Part shown: piece after piece, positions 56,548 through 64,000 of the stretch
Layout of the letters: each line of letters opens with the position of its first letter
How positions within the stretch are numbered: the stretch's first letter is position 1
Program-made: the position numbers and the translations under genes
Assembly: GCA_964035545.1 (NCBI GenBank)
Contig: OZ037766.1
Coordinates: 15,924,722 to 15,988,721, forward strand
Length of the DNA: 64,000 nucleotides
Origin: Bugula neritina
Taxonomy: Eukaryota > Animalia > Bryozoa
Direction of reading: 5' to 3'
The notes under the pieces: model-generated
What the model was told of the DNA's origin: nothing
Database searches by the model: none
Seen by the model: the letters and a program-made list of their open reading frames with translations, nothing else

Positions 56548-58033
56548 TTGCTGTTTATAGTAACTTTAGTAGCTTTAATTGTAGTGATGAAGTATGATAC
56601 GTTTTCTATATGTTTATCATTAAAAAAGCTTTTATTTTAGTATTAGGAAAATCTGCATGTCATAATTGTTACGCCATAATAGTCTTGATTGAAAGTTATT
56701 TGAAGAACACGTCACACTGCTAAGGGCTTCCTGGCGTAGGTTTTAGCTTAAATAGCTTTATTTTAATGAATAATAATAATAATTTTGTTAAGAAATTTCA
56801 CACTTTGGTATAACATTATTGTTACATCCAAGTATTTATTTGATATTAATAAATTATTGAATTATTGCACCTGCATAGTTTTATGTATGCTATCTGATGC
56901 ACCTAACTAGTGTCAAGACATACAAAGACATGTAAGCCAGCCTAAAAAAGACCTGCAAGACAAAAATAAATTATATATTGAAGCTGCGAATATTAGTTTC
57001 ATCTGACAGCATTATTTTCAAGGGTGAAATTCAGCTTGACTAGCTCTTTTGCATGGCAGGTTTTTTTTTACAATAATTATTTTATTTTTCAATATTGAGA
57101 ATCGAGTTTTGAGACCTTTAATCATCAACAGACAAATTGGATAAATTTCCTGTTTAGTATAAAATGGTGGATGTTAAACAGTATGATCTGTGACATGCTT
57201 GTATAAAATAAACCTAAGGCTCAGTATACCTCAATTTGGTTTCATAATTTTTCCATATAATATATTGTGTGTGCTGTTCAGTTATATGTGAAACTATGTT
57301 TATGGCATTAAAGCTTCGTGTAAAATATCACCAGTTTGCTGGTCATGTTGAATATCCAACTGCAATAAAAGGCATCGTCAGTTTTTCTGCAATCATTTTT
57401 CTCGCATGCATATTGTTTGATTTTAAATATGGATAGACTGAGTGTTGAACTTTTAGCCAACAAACTGCTTAAATTTATGAATAATAAAGTAAAATATTGG
57501 CCTTATTTTAACATCAGATTCATCACTGCTTCATGTGTGAATACAATTTCCAAATGGCATCTCATAATATAATAATATAATATATAATAATATATTCAAT
57601 GTTTACAGCGACAGCAGTACATTAAGTTTTATTGCCTTTTGGCACAATACAATTATACAGAAGATCATCTTAATTGTTTCTGGTTAGCTAAAATACAGTC
57701 ATCCATGAATATAATATTAATTAATGTTATGCATGCACATGGCAAAGTGTTCATGTAGCATTTTACTCACTTCACAATTGGCTTTATTTGTTAAACTTGC
57801 AGACTAAGAAAGAATCAAATAAACATGCAATACAATCTATATAAGAAAGGCAAAACATCATAGCCAAACTCAAACAACCTAATTAGTAGAACTTTGATGA
57901 AAGTATTCACCTTATGATTTTTTTAATGAACAATAAACAAAACAAACACACCACAACCAACCAGTTCGTTAATATCTATATATTCATCCACTGCGTGTAT
58001 AGCTGTCAAATACCCTCTCATTAATTTCCTTAT

Positions 58034-61000
58034 TTAAATAAGCACTGGCTCAACTCCGCAGTTTTCAGGATACCCGTCCCTCTTCTCAGGAGAAATTCTT
58101 TCAAGTTTTCCACCAGTGAGAGTTTGAGAGGAGTTATGGCCACAATTGTTACAATATAGCTTCAAAGTGTTTGAACTAGTGGGATGCTCTGGAACACTGT
58201 GTGGTGCCGTTGCTGGAGCTCTGTAGGTGTCATGATTGATCACCCACTCTACCGGAACACTGATTTTTAATGGAATTTCTTGCTTTTTCTTACCCAGTGC
58301 TTGACATATCGTAGACTCAGGACCAGTAATTTGTTCAGATAGGACTGTGTGACCTGGTAATAACACTTTCAAGTTGCATGCATAAAGCCATTTTATATGT
58401 TACACAGCACACACAGTCAATATGAAATTGTCATACTTGGCATTTTTTTTAACAAATATAAAACAATGAATGTTATTTTTTTAAAACACGCAATTTTTTA
58501 ATGAAGATTTACATGAATAGCCAATATGAGCTTCATTTATATATATATTATATTCATTCAGCTATTTTACTGTATTTTCAGTCAAAAGTTATCTTGTTTG
58601 TTTGATTTAGCAAATGAATGTTTAAGTAATATCTCAGCATGTTTTATGCTATAGAATAATTGTTTATATACCATACTAATAATCAACGCTACAAATCATA
58701 AGCATACCTTGCTCAATTTCCAACGTTAAGCGTTTGTTCTGGGTTTCCCTGCTAATCAGATCTCTTGCTCTCTCCTCTGTTTTGTTAACACCAGTCTCCA
58801 GTACAAGTCTAGGATTGTATTGCCAAGCGCCATCATCACAATGTTTATACTTTACAGGTAATAGTGAACAAACTATATTTTTAGCATTGTCAAAACCTGA
58901 AGAAGCGTTTAATTTCCATGAATCAGCAACCTCTCTGTTTACATCAGTTTCATGAGTTACAATGTTAGGTCTTTTTACATCCGTCTCTAGTACAAGTTTA
59001 GGATCATACTGCCAAGAATCTATACAAGTTTGTTGTTTAGTAGGTGATAAGGAACGAGATCGAGTTTTACATTTCTCCAATGCCAATGCATCACTATTGG
59101 CAGGTGGCCAAGTGTCTTCCAGATAGTGATATTTCTTTGGGGTCATAGAGCGTGACCTCTCCTGTACATTTGATTCAAACACCAGCTTCGGATTATTCAT
59201 CCAGCTTACACCTTCACAGCTCTTAATACTCATATCTTCGTTTTCTTCACATTTCATAAAAATTGGACTACATTTAGTTGGATACTCTTTGCTAGAGGGT
59301 TTGTATTTTTCATCAAAGTTGCTACCTGAATGCTTAGCTGGAAGTTTAAACAACTTTTTATACTGCTCGTCATATCGCTTCCACCCATCATCACAGCTAT
59401 TCATTTGAGATCGCATAGCAAAACAGTTTGCACTTCTTTTTCTTATCAGTGAAAAGCTAGGAATACTTTGACATTCACTAAGATATTGTTGCCATTTCTT
59501 ATCAAAGTCACCTTTTCGGGAAGAGTTGTATGAAGAGTTTTTATTTTCAGATTCAAATACTAGATCTGGATTTTTTGTCCAGCTTTTATCTGATGAATTC
59601 TTTAAAGGTTGCTGTGATTGAAATTTTGGAGCGTTTTCAAAACAATGTTTTGCTTTGCTTTCGTACTTTTCAGCTGTTGTGATGTTGCATTTTGGTGACA
59701 CAGGAATTTTATTTTTAGTCTCAAAAACGAGTTCAGGGTTACGTTCCCAGTCATCCAAACAAGTGCTAATTTGAAGTACTCGTGGTGCATTCTCACATGG
59801 CAGCGTATTTTCTATTATAGTCTTTTCTTCTTCTATGCATGTCTCTTCTGTAAAATCTTAAAAATAAATAAATATTGTATATGCTCTGCTGATACTTATT
59901 TCCGTTTGATTTTAGTGATGTAAAATACATATTTCATAGATCTGTTAAAAAACTAAGAGCAGGGATGAGTAAAGTAAAAGCATTGGTTTATAATGGTGTA
60001 GTGCATGATAACTTTGTGGATAGATTAATGCCCTCAACATAAATGTCTATGGCATGCAGTGACCGTACTCAGAATTTTAAATCTTATTACTTTTTTCTCT
60101 AAAGCTTTAATGATAAACATTGAGTATGTACAGTGTTTACTTAGCAGTTATTAAATTAAGATGAAAGCAGAAATTTCAGCAGTGTTTTAATAAGCAGCTG
60201 AAAATGCGCATTAATTTAAATCTAAATACAGCGTTATAAAAACAATCATCCAATATATAATTTTTACTGGCAAATGCACTCATAAAATTAGTATTACTAC
60301 TCAATTATAATAACACTGCTAAGTTTTTACAATCACTCGAGTACAGATACTTTAGTCTATTATAATATATTACATATTTTATTTAGTTGGTCACTTCTAA
60401 AATAATTCTGGGTGCATCTGATAAAAATTTAGGCTACATGATGAAGCATTTAAAACAAAATTTTTTGGAGTGTGATAATTTGTTTAAAAAGATAAAAGAT
60501 TTGATATAAGAGGCTAAAAATATGCAGGCTCAAAAGTGTTGTTGGTCTTACTGTATAAAGTTTGTATAAAACTCTTTTATTGCTTAAACAATAGAATTTT
60601 ATAAGCATTTCAATTTTCTGTGTTAAAATTTATATAACTAAACATTAATATTTTATCTAAAGATACCGTTTAAAGCATGCAAAGTACACACTCCCTTTTA
60701 ATTACACTGGATAAAATAACTTCTTTTTATATCCATAAAACGATAGTAAGCCTGATCTCTACTCTTGCATTTAACTGTCAAGTATTAAACGTATAAACAT
60801 AATTTTGCTAACCTTTTAGTTTTGTAGAATGGTATTCATTAGCTATTGAGCTTTCAACAATGACAATATCTCTGCAGCTGATGGTCTTGCCATTATTAGG
60901 AAACTCTATCCTTGGATTTTTGTCTCTGATGACCACTATCTTAGTGTTTAGAGCATCACTGAGTATAGCAATAAACTGGTACTGATAGCATGAGTTCCAG

Positions 61001-61572
61001 TAGTACTGCTTTTCTAATTTCATGATCTCTTCTTTCCATTTTGCTAACTTTTTCTTATTATTCTTTTCTTTAAGGTAATTTTCTGAATTAGCCATGCCAG
61101 TGTTCACTGTCATTGCTCTTAGGCTATCCTGCGTTAAACTAGGGTCACACAGTTGACGTGCCACACTTTCAAAAAAGCTGTTGCTGTTCTGAGGCACTTT
61201 GTCTAGACAGCGATTTAATCGATTTAGCTGTAGTTCAACGCTCATGCACTGAACCCCTACAAAATTTGCATCGCGTTTATGTTATTGAAGCTCTTGTAAA
61301 TGCAACATGGTAAACCATTAGATCAGGAAATTATTAGAATTTAGTCTAATAGTAATAGTGTGGCATTCAAAATTTTTTAACAAAACAAAATTTGCACCCC
61401 ATAATATAATAACCATTCCAGTTATTTAAATTTATTAAAACGCTTTCTGCAAAATATTTTTCTATTTTGTCAACAAAGGATTAGAATATTAATTAATTTT
61501 GATGAAAATGTTGACTTGGTGCAAATATTCACCTTCTTCAGGCACAGTGTTCAGGAAAGGTTCTCCCGCCAT
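58034..61572 (-). CDS. Uncharacterised protein: N-terminal OTU-like (probably inactive) domain + low-complexity region with repeated WxxNPxLV[FL]E[ST] motif
   Basis: Exons 61572-61533 (MAGEPFLNTVPEE; in-frame TGA upstream), 61256-60813, 59856-58708 and 58353-58034 join in frame (all phase 1, GT-AG). OTU-like pattern: VPQNSNSFFESVARQL....LR...V / W / LSDALNTKIVVI / EYHST. Confidence 0.7.
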
Positions 61573-62844
61573 AACTCCTAGGGTGATGCAGTTTATCCAA
61601 CCAGCGGTACTAGATCAATCCCAGGGGAAATGGCTACCAATACAAAGTAAAAGCATTGCAAAGGGTTTTCAAGAACTGAGACTTAACTGAAACTGCAACC
61701 ATTCTTTTTATTCTTCTACTGGAATAATAGTTTATTTTACAAAAATAAGAGTTGAGAACTATATTACTTTCAACATTTCATTTGTATGCCAAAATTAAGC
61801 TAAGATTGTTCATGAGAAAAGCAAATAATGCACTAAATGCATATTAGAATGATGACCACAATACATTTTTTCAATATTTATATAAAATGTACAATTGCAA
61901 AAAATATTTGTATGAAAAATGAATTACTCACAGCTTTAACACTGAAATATCAATTGAAAATTGTTTAGAGGTTGAAAACCAAATTGGAAATCTATTCTAG
62001 AATATATGTCGTATTCAATTTAATACTATTTGAAGTTTAAAACATTGTAGCTGCATTTAGATATTAGAATTTGTTTTTGTATTTGCTTGTGGCATTGCAG
62101 CTCATTTAAAAGTTGAAACTTCCAATTATATTAGTCTCAATATCAATGTAATCCAACGCTTAGGTTGATGTATAGTAAATGTTATAACTAAAATTGTAGC
62201 TTTAGAGTGTTTATTGTTAGCTCCAAAAATTAAAGCTCCTCAATGGTTTTTCTTGTCAATGACCGTTCCTTTTAAATATGATCAAATTTATAAGATAATA
62301 AATTACATTTTTAAAAAATACTTTGGTTAGTCAAAAAAAACTTGACAGATGTAACTTATATACTGCAATAATTATATATTGTAATAATCGCATTACTTAT
62401 AGAATATAATTATATATGTTATATTGGTTATGGAGTGATAAAATATTTTATTATAAATAATTGGTCAATTTGAGAAAGTTATGACCCGTGAAGTTTATAT
62501 ACTGTTATAATTATATATTGCAATAATAACTTTATAATTTAATGGACACACTCATGCTTTCAGACTCAAACACACATATGTGCAAAATACAACAGTAAAA
62601 TTTAGTTGCCTTTAAAATATTTTCTAGCAATAACAACATACCTTTACATTTAGTAGTAATATTTAAACAGAAAGTAAATTGTGGGTTTAAATCTGCTACA
62701 AATACTGATGACCTCATTGTTGTAAGGTTTCCCATAAATTTCAAACATGCTTTCTGAATTCTATGTTATGTTTCAGCAGCTTCTTTATCTGCCCACTATT
62801 AAAACACCAGAAATAATTTGCATCGACTTTTATTCATATAGTTT

Positions 62845-63065
<221 letters not shown>

Positions 63066-64000
63066 ATCTCAATTTGCGGACAGCAGCTGTTTCAGGTCTT
63101 ATATTTATAATAAATACATATATACAGTTGTATTATCCGACAATGTAATATAACTGTATACAACTATATGCTAAACCTCTATATTAACTGAGGTGTAAGA
63201 TTAGCTAAAGAATCACTACTGAATACTTTAACAAGCCATAACATTAAAATTGCTTGCACTTCACATATTAGTTTTTTAATTTTATTAATTAACTAAATAT
63301 AGAAATGCAAGTTTTCATAAATCTATATTTCATATGCTAGAGCTTTCGTAACAGCAAAAACAAAGGAATAGAAAGTTGAAATTTCTTCGTGGTAACTTTA
63401 CTACTGAAAAAATAAGTCATTATTGAATTTTTTCTATATTTCTATATGTGATGTCTTTCTCTATTTATAGCAAGCTCCAGGGGAATCGCCCTCAAGCCTG
63501 GCACAAGAAGCGACACAACTCCCCAATGCTGATGAAGTTGAAGATTGTAACCCCGACTTTTCTGCATCTAAAATATTAAATCAAAACTGTGTTACTATAG
63601 AAAAACTGTAAACTTCACTAAAAATTAGCTATAACTAGGTTTTCCCTGCTATCAGTTAAAGGTTTCTTATGCTGATTTATTTCTCCACTTTTTTGTATAT
63701 GGTATAAACAGTACTGCAAAAATTACTTCCTTCAATTGAATATAAATACATATATAAGCTTCATTGGCTAATTTGCATTTAACAAAAACTTTTTAATTCT
63801 AATTTTATAATGTTGAAAAATTTTCTTGCATTTTATTACACTTTGTAAAGTTACAATGTGTTTTGATTTCAACTACTGCAATAAAATGCCATCATAAAGT
63901 TGAGAGGAATGAAAGCTTGTAAAATTAGCATTCTGAAACTAAATCTTCTTTTTTTATTAAAAATTTCATCTGATTTAGTTTAATATGCTATGAGAAATCT

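Noticed and set aside
63465-63568. GC-richer exon-like segment on the - strand (..AEKSGLQSSTSSALGSCVASCARLEGDSPGACYK*)
   Set aside because: It has an acceptor but no recognisable homology, and I could not link it in frame to the OTU-like gene. It may be UTR or belong to a gene beyond the window.

Overview
AT-rich, intron-rich animal genomic DNA (GT-AG introns, Tc1, LINE and SINE remnants). It is most likely an invertebrate; the species cannot be fixed from the sequence. Six spliced genes can be followed exon by exon. (1) The 5' part of a RETREG/FAM134 ER-phagy receptor (-), running off the left edge. (2) A complete DPYD (+, ~22 exons), head-to-head with RETREG, with a decayed Tc1 transposon between them. 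(3) A selectin-like C-type lectin/sushi membrane protein (+). (4) Vitamin K-dependent gamma-glutamyl carboxylase GGCX (-). (5) Mind bomb E3 ligase MIB1 (+), head-to-head with GGCX. (6) An uncharacterised gene (-) with an apparently catalytically dead OTU domain followed by a repeated WxxNPxLV[FL]E motif. The most unusual signal is a set of intronic minisatellites built from splice signals. The clearest is ~52 tandem copies of a mib1 exon end plus 5' splice site, arranged so that use of any downstream copy puts an in-frame stop in the mRNA. Others are an ~18-copy array abutting a mib1 3' splice site and smaller donor-like arrays in DPYD. Exon coordinates were read by eye and may be off by a few bases.
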